DNA of 64,000 nucleotides from Oculina patagonica (Eukaryota): NCBI RefSeq assembly GCF_052425735.1, contig NC_135769.1, positions 29,574,001 to 29,638,000 of the forward strand, read 5' to 3'. Shown piece by piece: positions 12,025 to 24,600 of this stretch (position 1 is its first letter; each line of letters starts with the position of its first letter). The notes under the pieces were generated by a model. It saw only the letters and a program-made list of their open reading frames with translations, ran no database searches and was not told where the DNA came from. The position numbers and the translations under genes were made by a program.

Positions 12025-14012
12025 TCATTTACCGCTGTACTTGTAAAATCGACAGATTTTGAACCTCCAGCGACGATCTCTTAAAATGACAAAAATATCA
12101 GAAGCGTTAGATAAGAGAAAACGCTCAGCTTTCTTTTGAGTCACGTCCGACTCGATTACACTGCTTACAAGTTTAGTGAGTGGGAACTGCTCTAGCTTTG
12201 GTTATTAAATTCTGACAAGCAGCAATAATATGGAAGCAAATTAATACTTACTCGGCTTTATTATAATGATAACTGTGAACTCCGACCAAATGGTAAGGGT
12301 AAGGAACCGAGTAGTCAACGTCCTGGTCCCAGTTGTTTACATACTTGGTCCAATAACAACTGTGTGTCGCATATCCATGCCTATGGCAACAGCGGAAGTC
12401 AAACCTAAAAAGGAGAAGTTCCTTTTTTCAAAAGAGGGGAAAACCTTCCTGTCGTAACCAGGTTATTCATGATATATGATATGTCACTAGTTAAGAAGTT
12501 ACGTTGTATGTTGAAATCTTGCTGGACTTTTTCCTGCCGCTATTAACCGCAAGCTGCAAGTAATTTAACTGAAATGAAATAACGTTTTCCAGCGACATGT
12601 CTCGAGAAATATACCCAACAATCATCATTTTTCTACTTCAAAGACCTATTACTGTGAAAAGTTTCCTAAAGATTCGCGTTCAGCTATATATCCAGAGAAA
12701 TACAGCATAGGTCAGGTAAACATAGATGGTGCGATGTGTGCAATTAATCAAGTACATTGCTTCCCAGCTACTTAGAAAGGTTAATTTACCAGCGATCCCT
12801 GGCGGGCCAAGAGAATTTGCTCTCGATTCCCGAGATGAAGCCATATTGGGGACACTCGAAGGTTAATGGTTGGTCAAGCTTGTTCTGCCAATGGTTGCCC
12901 CATGTACAGCTGCCATGAAAAGGAGCACGTTTACACATAAAATAATGAATGCGATCTTCTTTGCAATTTCGGTGGTGACTTTTCCACTTGTACATTGAGT
13001 AACCTTTCAAGAGAGACCAAAATTACATGTTAATATTAAGTGTTGAAAACATATCAGTGATCAAAACAGTCCTGGTCTAATGTAACAAAATTATCTGTCT
13101 CAGTTATCTACCACTGAACTTCATATAAATCTCATATATTATCCTCAGCTTCTCGCCTCTTCTTAGTGTAGAGGGAGGATTGTTGTTGTTTTGCTGTTAG
13201 GATAACTAGATTTCCTGAAGAGGATTAATTTCCAAAAAAACCTCTTCTTAAATTTTTACACATTATTTTTATTATTTAATTTTTTATTTATTTATTTTCA
13301 TTTTTATTCAGTTTATTTTTAATTTTTTTCTTTTATTTAGCTTCACATTTGTAATCTATTTTTAAGGAAAGTTGGTGTGATGTCTCACGACTTTACCCGA
13401 CAGAATTAAATGTAGATGAAGATGTAGATCTCGTCAAGTATGATTTTATGTCAAAGACATAATTTGCAGGGTTTTTTGCTTTATTCAGTGATGCAGAGAG
13501 AGCGTGTGTATGCTAGTGTGGGAACGCATAACGCATGCGAGTGCACGTGGGTGCGTGGGCGCGCGAGTTCGTGAGTGGATGCGTGAGCGCGTTTGTGCGT
13601 GGGTGTACATGTGAGAGTACGTAGCTTACATATTAGCTTTTTAGAATTGTAAAACGCTTAGAGACGTTTTTAATAGGCACTATATAAGCTTTGTATTATT
13701 ATTGGGTGATTGGGTAAGTGATAAAGTGGTTCCAGTGCAAAAACCTGTATATCAAAACTACTCAGTAGAATAAACGATGTTAATAAAGGAGCGAAGAATC
13801 TAATCGTAACGTTACTTACCGCTACTACAATATTTCTTGAAGTGCTGGTGCCAAGAGTTGTGCCATGTTCCCGCTGGACGGGACGAGCTACAGGCTGGTG
13901 CGCTACGACGACGGCGCCTTCTCCACCACGGTTTTGCCTCAGTGGCAGAAAACAGCAGCACTTCAGAGAGCATCAACAGGAACAATAATTTAACCAACAT
14001 CCTTTTTGCCAT
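12025..14012 (-). CDS. Secreted dermatopontin / hemagglutinin-amebocyte aggregation factor-like protein, 204 aa, 4 coding exons
   Basis: Exons 14012-13820, 13003-12790, 12404-12252, 12079-12025; all GT-AG, phases consistent (615 nt). Kozak accaccATGG, signal peptide, then three repeats of W/Y.N.W/L....C/V......S.H.N..EDR...F.C (HRNCKEDRIHYFMC; WQNKLDQPLTFECP..ISGIES..RDRWFDFRCC; YVNNWDQDVDYSVP..LVGVHSYHYNKAEDRRWRFKIC). A 5'UTR intron ends at 14019; candidate upstream donor at 15435. Confidence 0.9.
13495..13622. repeat. Degenerate (GT/GC)-rich microsatellite in intron
   Basis: gcgtgtgt..gtgcgtgggcgcgcgagt..gcgtgagcgcgtttgtgcgtgggtgt alternating purine-pyrimidine tract. Confidence 0.6.
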
Positions 14013-16080
14013 GGTGGTCTAAAAGAGAGAAAAACACATATTGTAAATTAATCGAAACAACAACTACATGGTGGGAGGCGAGTGCCAGAGAAAAATGTTT
14101 TCCTTTTACAGTTTTTTGGAGCGAGAATTTGTGGCTACTCTAAATAGAATTTGATCTTCTTTTCTCACTTTTAAAGGCTTCTTTATTAGCGAAGGTTTAA
14201 TGCTTGGATGGCTCAGTTCATTTGAGTGATGAGGACTTTACCCTCGTCCACACAAAATCCTTTTTTTTTGCTCAATCAGCTCAAGAAAGATCTGCTGTTT
14301 AAACACCAAACAAGACTATACATCCGAAAACATTGAGTTAAATGGTCAGATGAATAAAGTTGTTTTCTAGTGATGTTAAAATCATTTCAGATATACTAAG
14401 AAGCGCAACTAAACTGACGAGACAATGAGTGCTCTGCATATAAAATAGAATGGACCATAGGAGAGTCAAAAAGTCGATAGCGGACCGTGTTTTGAAAATA
14501 TTCAAGAGGACTCAAATCTGCCTTCTCTATATTTAACTCACCTTCAAGGGTAACACTTCTCGTAAATTGGGTTAAAAGAATCAAACCAGGATAACGATGA
14601 ACCTCAGTTGGACAACACAAGTTGATTTGTGATATCAAACATAGAAAAGAAAGATATTCATTGTCCCACGTCATGGCATATGCAGGCCACAACTAACATG
14701 TTCAAGACGCGTTTCATAAGCAAACAAACAACAGTGACGGAGGAAGACTAGACACCACCGACTCCATGACAAGAAACACCGCAGATTAATTTACAGTATC
14801 ATTATTACTTTTATCTTGCATTTTTTGCTGTCATTTCAGAGTTGATGGCTTTCCAGCCAGAATTTTAACAGCTGATCGATCTGTCTGGATCATGAAGATG
14901 ATCTTGAAATGGAGCGAAATGGAATTTCAGTTAAAGAAATAAATAAAAACAAAACTTAAAACGTGTATATCAACAACTTCTGACCTTCTTACTTGTCATA
15001 AACTACTTAACTACTTTCTTGGAGATCGCATTTTTTTTTAAAAAAAAGATGATTGAACTAAATACGTTTTACCTGCCATTTTGAAAAGGGCACATCATGC
15101 CTCTTCGCGCATGGCTACGCTAGAGAGTGAGTTTTGCATACATTTGGCTGTACTAAATTTTTCCTCCACTTGAAACGCAAATGCGTAATATGTATGGTAA
15201 ATCAAAAATGTGACTGCGTGCTTACCAACAAAACTAGGTACCTCAGACTCTTCAGTTTTCAGCAGAATCGTTTTCCAGGTATCATAAGTTTACAGTCTGC
15301 AAATGTTTCGTAAATCAAATTTCACGGGAAAAAAACCCGCTGCGCTTGACACGCCTATATTTTCGCATCTTGTTTCTTCCAAAATGCCGGGAAACAACTG
15401 ACCGGAGCTGATCTATTGCTGATTGATTCACTTACCTTCTCTTCAAGGCAAACTTGACTTGATCAATAACATCTGAGGGTTTCATCATTCAGATTAAAAA
15501 CTGTTGCAACATTTGCCACTGCTACTGAACTCCTGGAAAAATAGCAAAGAGAATTCTTCGAGATTGGTCTTATGAGAGGAATTGTTCACTGAGCAAATTT
15601 AAAGCGAGCGAAAAACGGGCAGTTTGCTGAAACAACAACTGTACCCGTATCTTGGCTTTATGAAAACAATCAACCTTTACACACAACCTCTCTCTGTCAC
15701 GCTGCTGCATTGCGATACACGGAAGACAGCCACACTGATCCTCGCGTGTAGAAAAAGGTTGTATCGCCGGTTTTATCATTTCTATTGCCACAGATATTTT
15801 GGGGAAGTTCATAGTTTCGGTTTTCATTTGGAAGCGCCTATATTTCTCAAACTATTCCTCGGTAAACAAATCACACTGCACTATTTGAACAACACTGTTT
15901 GGGAAGTCTAAGAAAAATTCAAATTTTTTACTTCCTCACTTTAGCTACATGACTGATTCCTTTGTACGCTATGTCATAATGTCAATTTTCTGTTTTGGTA
16001 CGTGATCTGGATAGAAGATGAGAAGAATCACTTAGTAAACAAATCCATGATAACTTATTTTAAAAATAATAGCTTTAATA

Positions 16081-16224
16081 CAGTAGAATCCCGATTTCTC
16101 GAATCTCCAGGGAAAAGGAAAATTGCTTCGAGAAATCGGGGGTAAAATTACAGAGAAGTACTTTTTAAAGGGAACGAATATTGGTTCGAGAAATTGGGAG
16201 TTTCGAGAAACCGAGGTTCTACTG
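16081..16224. mobile_element. Tc1/mariner-type MITE
   Basis: TA-cagtagaatcccgatttctcgaa ... ttcgagaaaccgaggttctactg-TA; related ends at ~25490-25543, 27192-27370 and 53661. Confidence 0.8.
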
Positions 16225-18490
16225 TACATGAACATGAAAAACATTAAAGAGTGGCAAAATGCTTACTTTAATGCAATTCTGAACACTATTACATCTATGA
16301 GAATTGCACAAGAAAATTCCAGTTCGAGATCCAAGAAAACTCAGTGACTGACAGCTTGTGGCATTACCTGCCACAGGGAAAGCTACACGGAAGTTGAAAA
16401 TGATGTAGCCCAAATTTGAATTCTTTCCAGACTGATGTTAATAAGTGCAGCGTCTTTGTTTAGTTTGTCGAGTAATACACTGACATTCCTTTGAAGTCGC
16501 TAAACCAAACTGGAGCCTGAATAAAACAAAAAAATATATCTCTGTTTTTCCGTTTGCCGTGTTTCATTGATACAATATGTTTCTAGGCGCAACGCTAACT
16601 GCTCACATAAAGGGTTACCTTAATTTTCGCTAGGTGAACAAATGTCTGCTTTATCGCGACCAAATTCCAAAGGAAGTGATTAGGTGATAAGGAAGTACGA
16701 AAAAAGTCAATTTTTCGATCATGCTCTCTGGGTGTTTCGTGTCAAATATGTAGTCGCTTGGTTATGAAGAAAGTATAAGTTTTCAATTCGTAGCATTTTA
16801 GCCGTGTGCCGGATGGAACTTGTGGACGCACAGTCAAATGCATTGTACAAAGCTATGAACAGTTGATATTGACACCGGGTCGCTTTCTCAGTGTATTTCC
16901 TTTGATATTAACTGGCAGTATAGATATATTTCGCCCTTGGTAATAAGCGTTTGTTGAATTATGAAAACGATACTGTGAAAACGAGGAACGAAATCTCTGA
17001 GTGTTGCAAGCAAATAAAGTGTGACGCGAAGAAACATCAAAACATATTAATTAAACGCAAATTTACCATTTCTTGGCTGATAAGTAAAATGTTTTTGAAA
17101 ATTGTTCGCGCGGTCTCAACACAAAAAAATAACAGTATAAGGGCGATGAAAAGACATTTCTCATCTTTAATTTAAAAAGTTTACACGGAAATAGAATACA
17201 GGGCAGGCCGCGTGTGGGTTTTCACTGAGTTTTATGTTCAAAATACTCTGATTTAGTCTAAACTGCGTCATTTTGGAACATTTAGATAAAAGGTACGTAT
17301 TTATTTCACCTACTGTCTCAAAGATGAAGCGACTTTTGAAAAGCTAGTCATCTTAGCGTAAGTTCTGAACTAATTGATCTAATGTACCCTAGTTTATTTT
17401 TCGACTGAATTTGGCTTAAGTGTCTTGATTTCTTTTGACCGAAGCCAATCGAAAAAATTCTGGCCCGTATTCACGGTCATCGCATTAAAATCCAGTACCC
17501 GCATATGACGACCTCGAATACAGCCAAATCTCCCGTTTTAAAACGAACAAACTTATCCCTTGAACAACTGAAGCGAACACCGGCATTTGGCGAGAATTCT
17601 AATTAAATACGCTGAACGCGTTTCAAGAGAGAGAGAAATTCAGGTGAAGTAAACATATTTTTGAATAAACATTCTCACTGAAAAGCACTAACTCCGGTTC
17701 GGTTTTTCATCAAAAAGTCGATTTGCTCAGTCCCTACACAAACTCAACATGCTCCGAGCATGGATTTTTCCAAAAAATACCAATAAATAAGTAACCCCGG
17801 TATAGTCTGAAGAGACTGGCCTTGAATGAGATTTTCGTCCATCTGCGCATTGCTGAACAAGTCAGTTTTCGGCTAATGAAGTCGGTGTCAATTTGATTAT
17901 GAGCCTTTCTCGTCAGTCCAACACAGCTAGGTTACCCTTCACCATAAACCCCTGTTTTTTTTTGGTGTTAATTTCCCTTTTCGCTTTCTTCGGGGGGGGG
18001 ATGTTGCAGATAGGGGTTGTCCATCTTTCGAAAAGCAAACACAAGAATTTGAAAGGAAACGCAGCCTATTTGAGCAGTAGGTTTTTACGTAGAAAAATCT
18101 TTCATCTGAAAGCACATGGAAACATGAAGGGAAATACTGTGTTACTGATATTATGTGGAGAAACACGGCTGAAATCTGATGTCAAGTAATTCCCGTAAGA
18201 TTTGATTTCTAAAATATTCGCAGTGTGCGACCTAAAATATATAGGCGCATGAATTTGAGGACTGTAGATGTGCTAGAAAAAGAATTCAAGTTTAGAACGC
18301 GAGAAAATTTTTAAAACCACGAGGAAATTTAAATCGGATTTCTTGATTCCTGGAGAATCTTTTGCCAAAAAACTTTATAACTTTAATTTACAAACTGTGA
18401 ATACTCAAATCGAGTTTTACAGAAATTATCTGAAATTGAGCAGTTTATTTTTCCATAAAATCGCCACTTTCGCTTCATGTTTTCTTTATT

Positions 18491-18663
18491 TACAAAATGG
18501 CGGATTTTCCCACGAAAAAGTCGACCGGCTTCTGCCACGTCACTAACTTGGCAATCTTCTGTTTGTTTACAATGACAAGCAACTTCATGCACGCAGTGCG
18601 TACCTATGTTTTTGTTTGCATTTGCCTCCGTTCTCGTAGGGCAGCGGAATTACAAAATGGCGG
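18491..18663 (+). promoter_or_regulatory. Housekeeping-type promoter region with duplicated TACAAAATGGCGG (YY1-like) motif
   Basis: Identical 13-mer at 18491-18503 and 18651-18663, the second overlapping the start codon; CpG-richer context. Confidence 0.4.
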
Positions 18664-21600
18664 CTATGATGACGAGTTCTTTACCAAAGTTGACAAATCT
18701 GTGGACTAATCCGCTTCGTTGCTTCCATCTTTCCACAATTCTTTCACAGATAAGGATTCTAAAGCGTCCCATTTGCACTGCAAGTGATTATAATCCGTTC
18801 CTTAACCAAGAGGCCTTACCTCGCTTTAGTGAATTCCGAACCTCGCATGTGGTTCCCGCCATCGAGAAGTTGGTTCACGAGTTCGAGAATGACTTTACGG
18901 AGTTCGAGACAAAATTAGAAGGTTAGTAGCGGCTTAGATTCCTTTATCGCCTTATACAGCATTTTTCACACAGTCATTCACACACGATCATCAGTCATGC
19001 ATGAACATACAGAACAAAGCTATCAAATTGAAAAATTGCATACACCATTGAATGGGATGGGGTTGTGCGGAAATTAATGCTGTTCAGCCTTTTTTGTGAG
19101 TGTTCTTTGAGCGGGTTTCTATGAAACATGGCTATAAAGGCGATATACTTACAGAGATATAAAATCCAGAAGAAAGGGCTAACCAAACAGCCAATTCAGT
19201 CTCTTTCCAGTTACTCAATTGGTTTGGAAAACAGCAACAAAATGCGTAAATGATAGAGATTGTTTTACCCTGTCATAGAGGCCTTTCAAGGAATTTTGGC
19301 GACAATCTTGTTCCAAAACACAAGACAGTCAACAGAAACTGGCAGAAAAGGGGTGACAATCTGTGACAGTGACAATCCAATTTTAGTTTCAGCAAAGTGA
19401 CAATTTAATACATGTGGTTGATCTTCTGTTAAGGAAATATTTCGGGCGTTAACAAAACTAGGATCGGATCGAACCGGATCGGATCGGATCGGATCGGATC
19501 GGATCGGATCGGATTATCAAAACTCGGATTGGATCCGACCGGATTGACAAAACCCGGATCGGATCCAAAAAAATCGGATCACCGTAAATTCCCGCCAAAA
19601 TCGTCACGTGATACCTCAAAAGAAGGAAGTAAGTGGATGTTTTCTGTGTGTTGACCCTGCTGAAATGATTTCCGTTACTAGAGTGTAAGGTAAAGATTGA
19701 AGTGGGGAAATGAACAAGAAAAGTGCGACGATTGCTGTGATTTCTCTCACTGTTGTTGTGTTTCGCATTCAAGACTTATCTTCACTAATAAATACGACAC
19801 CTAATTGTCCCACATTCTTGCAGCCCTCGAAGCCTTCGATTAAATTTAATATTTACCTTTGCATTTTTGATCCTGCAGACAAGTACAAAAACGGCAATCA
19901 ATTGATTTCAAATCATTTGATGAGACTTTAACATAGGAGCAACTGATGAGCTCCACTGAAGGACCGAAACTCGAGTCTTAAATAAAACATTTGCCAGGAA
20001 ACATCGTTGCAGCATCCTAGAGACTTCAAATGCAGTGATCAAACTGCCATAGAATTTATTTGTTGGATGCAAGTAACACAACAAAACAGATAAAAAATAA
20101 TGGAGGTAAAGTTTCATAGCTCCCAGAGCACAAATCACAGCCACTCAAACTAAGGGGAGCTTAAAAACAAAGAAACCATCGCTAGCAATGCTTATAGACT
20201 GCAGTAGCCTTTAAAAGACCCGGATCTTAGATCCTCGCAACCGTACGTGGTAACGAAACGTTATCATACGAACTGAAGAATCTCTCAACAAACAAGAGCC
20301 AATAAACCTAACGAATATGCCATAGAGTTAGCAAACAAAATGGCCTAAAGGTCATCACTGAAATGGCTCAAGAGAGCGTTAATTAAATCCTCCGTTAACA
20401 GACTTAAGGCTGATTCAGCAACCAGCGGTAGTCGTGTTGGCATGTCTCATTTTATATTAGCACACAGCGAACATCCACTTACTTCCTTTTTCGCCATCTT
20501 CTATTTGAGCTATCACGTGACGATTTTGGCGGGAATTTACGGTGATCCGACTTTTTTTGGATCTGATCCGGGTTTTGTCAATCCGGTCGAATCCGATCCG
20601 AGTTTTGATAATCCGATCCAATCCGGTCCGATCCGATCCGGGTTTTGTTAACGCCCAAATATTTCCGGTCAGTACAAAATGCAGACTGCAGACTGTAGAC
20701 CAGGTACCAAATGCAGACTGCAGTCTGCTGGCTGGGTACAAAATGCAGACTGACATTTAAGACTGTTTTTTTCGTCTAATACATGATAACATACATGTAA
20801 ACATTTCATTTTATAACTTACCGGTTGACACGCAATCCCTTTTCCGATGTCATCTTCCACGAAAACCCGCATTACTGGGGAATGATCTTGCTCCATTACT
20901 CGAAAATATATACATGAATTTTTTAAACGAAGTCTCCAAGATCAATTCGTTCTTTAACATGATTAAAGCCTTCTCAGTCTTCTCGCTTCAATTCTTCGAG
21001 GACAAATGGGTGAGTAAAATGAAGCTTGATTTTGTGACTTTCCGTTTGTCTACATTTTGTTGTAGTTTTATCGCATCGGATCATGAATGACCACACAATT
21101 GCTACACAAAATGAAATCATTTACCCTTCCAGTGATCATTGACAATGATGATGTCAAGATAAAGGATCCGTTTTGACCTCAGTCTGGATTTCTTTTTAAA
21201 AACGAACATTTTGGTCTAAAAAGGACGCACACGTGCACGGAAAGTCATGTGTCTTTGCTGGTTTCCTGGTATCATGCTGCAATGAGTGTTGTTATTTTGT
21301 GAGGTTTATGTTATGCGATCTCGCGCTTGAAGTGAGAAGACTGACGAGGCTTTAATCATGTTTAAGAACGAATTGATTTTCAAACATCGCTTAAAAAGTA
21401 TATTTCGAGTAACGGACCAAGATCATTCCCTGGTAATGCGAGTTTTTGTGGCAAAGATGACATCGGAAAAGGGATTGCCAGGACAACCGGTAAATTATAA
21501 AATGAAATGTTATCATGTATTAGACGACAAAAACAGTTTTAAATGTTAGTCTGCATTTTGTACCCAGTCTTCAATCTGCAGTCTGCATTTTGTACTGACC

Positions 21601-24600
21601 GAAATATTTGCTGGCACTAACACTTTAAATGCAACAAAGTATCAGCATCACAAAAATTTTGTACATACAGCGATGTTTGTACTGTAGCAAAAAGTAACAG
21701 CAACATTTTTCCCTAACCAAAAAAGCGACAGGTTCTTTGGAAAACAAGCAAAAAAGCGACATCAGAGATTCCCTTGGAAGGCCTTGTTATACTGCAGTTC
21801 TCTCACAACTGGTGCACTTTCAGATTGTTTGTTTCTTGGTTACCTGGCTAGAGTATACCTAAATACCGTGTCAGGACTCAAGCTCAGGACTTGAACTCGG
21901 GACCTAAGCTTTCACTCTGGTTTGCTTGCCATTAGCTTTCACTCCAGTTTGCTTGCGGTTAGCTTTCACTCCAGTTTGCTTGCGGTTAGCTTTCACTCCA
22001 GTGTGCTTGCCGTTAGCTTTCTCCTCGGTTCTCTTGTGGTTAGCTTTTATTTGTTGGTTGTTTGTTACTTTATATCTTTGTCAAAAGTACATTAATATCA
22101 TAGCAACAAGTACTTTAATAATATTTACAGTATCTCACTGTTCAGATAATAATAAAAATTGTTCTAACTTGAGTCTAAAGCTCGAGTCCTGAGCTCAAAT
22201 CCTAAGCTCAAATCCTGAGCTCGAGTCCTAGCTCGCGCCCCGGCATTGAGTGCTGGCATTAAAATCAAAGACAAATTTAAACCATGACATGTATATCATA
22301 TAATTTTGACAAGGTCACTTTCTCTTGTTTCTAGGTATTTTGACTTTGTTCCTGAGAGCCCAAGTTGTTTTTATTTTACACCACTGATTTAATGTCTTGT
22401 TGCATTAGTCTGGGTTCTCTGTGATTGCACTGTAATTAATATCTACTGACTTTTGAAATCATATTTCAGATAATAATACTAAGGAGCCACTAATTGATAG
22501 ACCTTGGTCCACAATAATTGAACCACTGGAAAAGATAGGCAGCCCGCTCAGTTATGCTTGGGGAGTGACATCACATTTAAATGGAGTTCGCAACAGTCAG
22601 GAGTTGAGAACTGCTTATGAAAAGGTCACTTGCTAAAATGTCACTTTTCTTGCAAATCGTTTTTATTCTTTCACTGTACATGTGTGTCGTACAGTGATAA
22701 TCGTCATACTCTTGCCTTCCAAAAACATTAATAAAATTTATTAATGTTTTTGCAAAGTATTAATTTTAATACTATTCACCATCTGCTACCGAGACCAGCA
22801 CTGATAGAGTCTAAGTATAATGTAAGGCAGAAAGCGCCAAAGTTTTACCTGTATAATAATGCCATAACATGTAGGACAAAGAGAGCTGAAAGCTTTTTCA
22901 CATTTCGATACTTTTTGAAATTAGTCCTTTATTGATAGATTTTTAATTGTAAATACCGGTAGTAAATTCATTTCATGTAAGTGTCACTTGATAATTCAGT
23001 TTATTTTAACTGCAAAAGAGTTTATATAAACTGTTACTATGATACTTTGCAATCATTTTTGACAACTTTGATCTACCGGTAATTGGTTCCATTAACTCAT
23101 TTGACTACTATACTGGCACTGAGTTTGTTAATAATGTACATGTATCTATAAAAAAATTTAATATATTTAGAGTTTTTATGTTTTTTTCTGCTGTGGGTTT
23201 TTGCATTCTACTGCATCTAAAAGAAATATACATTGAATATTCCACAGTCATTTAAAAGCACAGAAAATATTGATTGTGATAGTGAATGAAGTCAGCTACA
23301 TGTACTTCCAATACTAAAAAAAAAAAGAATTGGCTTCTTTACCAGTAATTTCTCAGAAAGGATTCAAAATTTCAAAGTGAGTTAGGGGATAACCCAAATA
23401 TTTCAATACAGTGTTAAGTGATAATAATGAGAATGGTTTCTCTTAACATATTACAGTAATCTATAATAAATCTACATTTTTATAAAAAAGTGTAATTATA
23501 ACAGGAAAAATGTCACTTGTTCAGCAACAGTGAAATACATCGTAAGAATATAACCTTAAGTTACACCTTCCAGTGACCTATTTAAGAACTATATTCTTAC
23601 TAATACAATGTAATTCACAAAAGAGGCTGATAATATAATTTGTTGGCTTATTAGGTTCAACCCTTAGTTGTTCAAGCTTCTATGAAGGCATCACAGAGTG
23701 TCCCATTGTATGATGCTCTTGGGGTAAGAAACTTACTGCTTGAGTTATTAAAATACAATTTTTGTTTCAGTGCAAAAGTGTAAGATTGCAGTGAGTTACA
23801 TGTATAATTTGCATGAGTCTCACACTCAGTGTATGAGGCTTGAGAGCTCCACCTTCAGTTGATGCCTTGGTGTCACTGACAATGGATTAATTTTTTTTCA
23901 ATTTTTTTTTAAAGAAAGTTGAGAAGAATGGTGAAAGCCTTGATGAAGGACAGCAGAGAGTAGTGTCCACATTTTTAAGATCAGCTAGAAATGGAGGAGT
24001 GGCATTGAAAGGAAAAGATAAGGAAAGATTTAACGGCATTCAACTGAGACTGGCTGAACTGGGAAACAAATTCAGGTAGGTAATAATTGTTTATTCGTTT
24101 GTCACACGATAGAATCGCTTTGAGATGTTGATCGCGACGTTTCGACTGCAATACTGCTAGTCTTCATCAGGCGATGAGGTCGATTCTTTATGCGTCGCTA
24201 TTTATGCACGTTGGTTCGCTGTGATTGGTGCATTTCGATCCTCATTATTATTCCGACTAACAGATGATGTTCCCTCAGAGGTCTGCTTTGTAGACTAGCA
24301 GTATTGCAGTCGAAATGTCGCGATCAACATCTCAAAGCGATTCTATCGTGAGACAAACGAATAAACGTTTATTACCTATCTTACACCACGATGAACAATA
24401 CTCACATCTTTAATGATAAATTCAGGTAGGCAGGCAGCATATACTGTACTATTTTAATTTTATTATTTTTTATTTTGTACCATCACTCAGTAGAATATAA
24501 CTTGTATTTTTTCTGTCCAGAAGGGATTCTTGCCATTTACTGTATTTTTTAACAAAATCAATACTTGCAAATGAGAAGGTAAATTTTCCCGAACAGAATA

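Noticed and set aside
22141-22154. Duplicate of the exon-2 acceptor (ttcagataataata)
   Set aside because: The short AT-rich match lies within a repeat and the frame stops within a few codons; probably coincidental.
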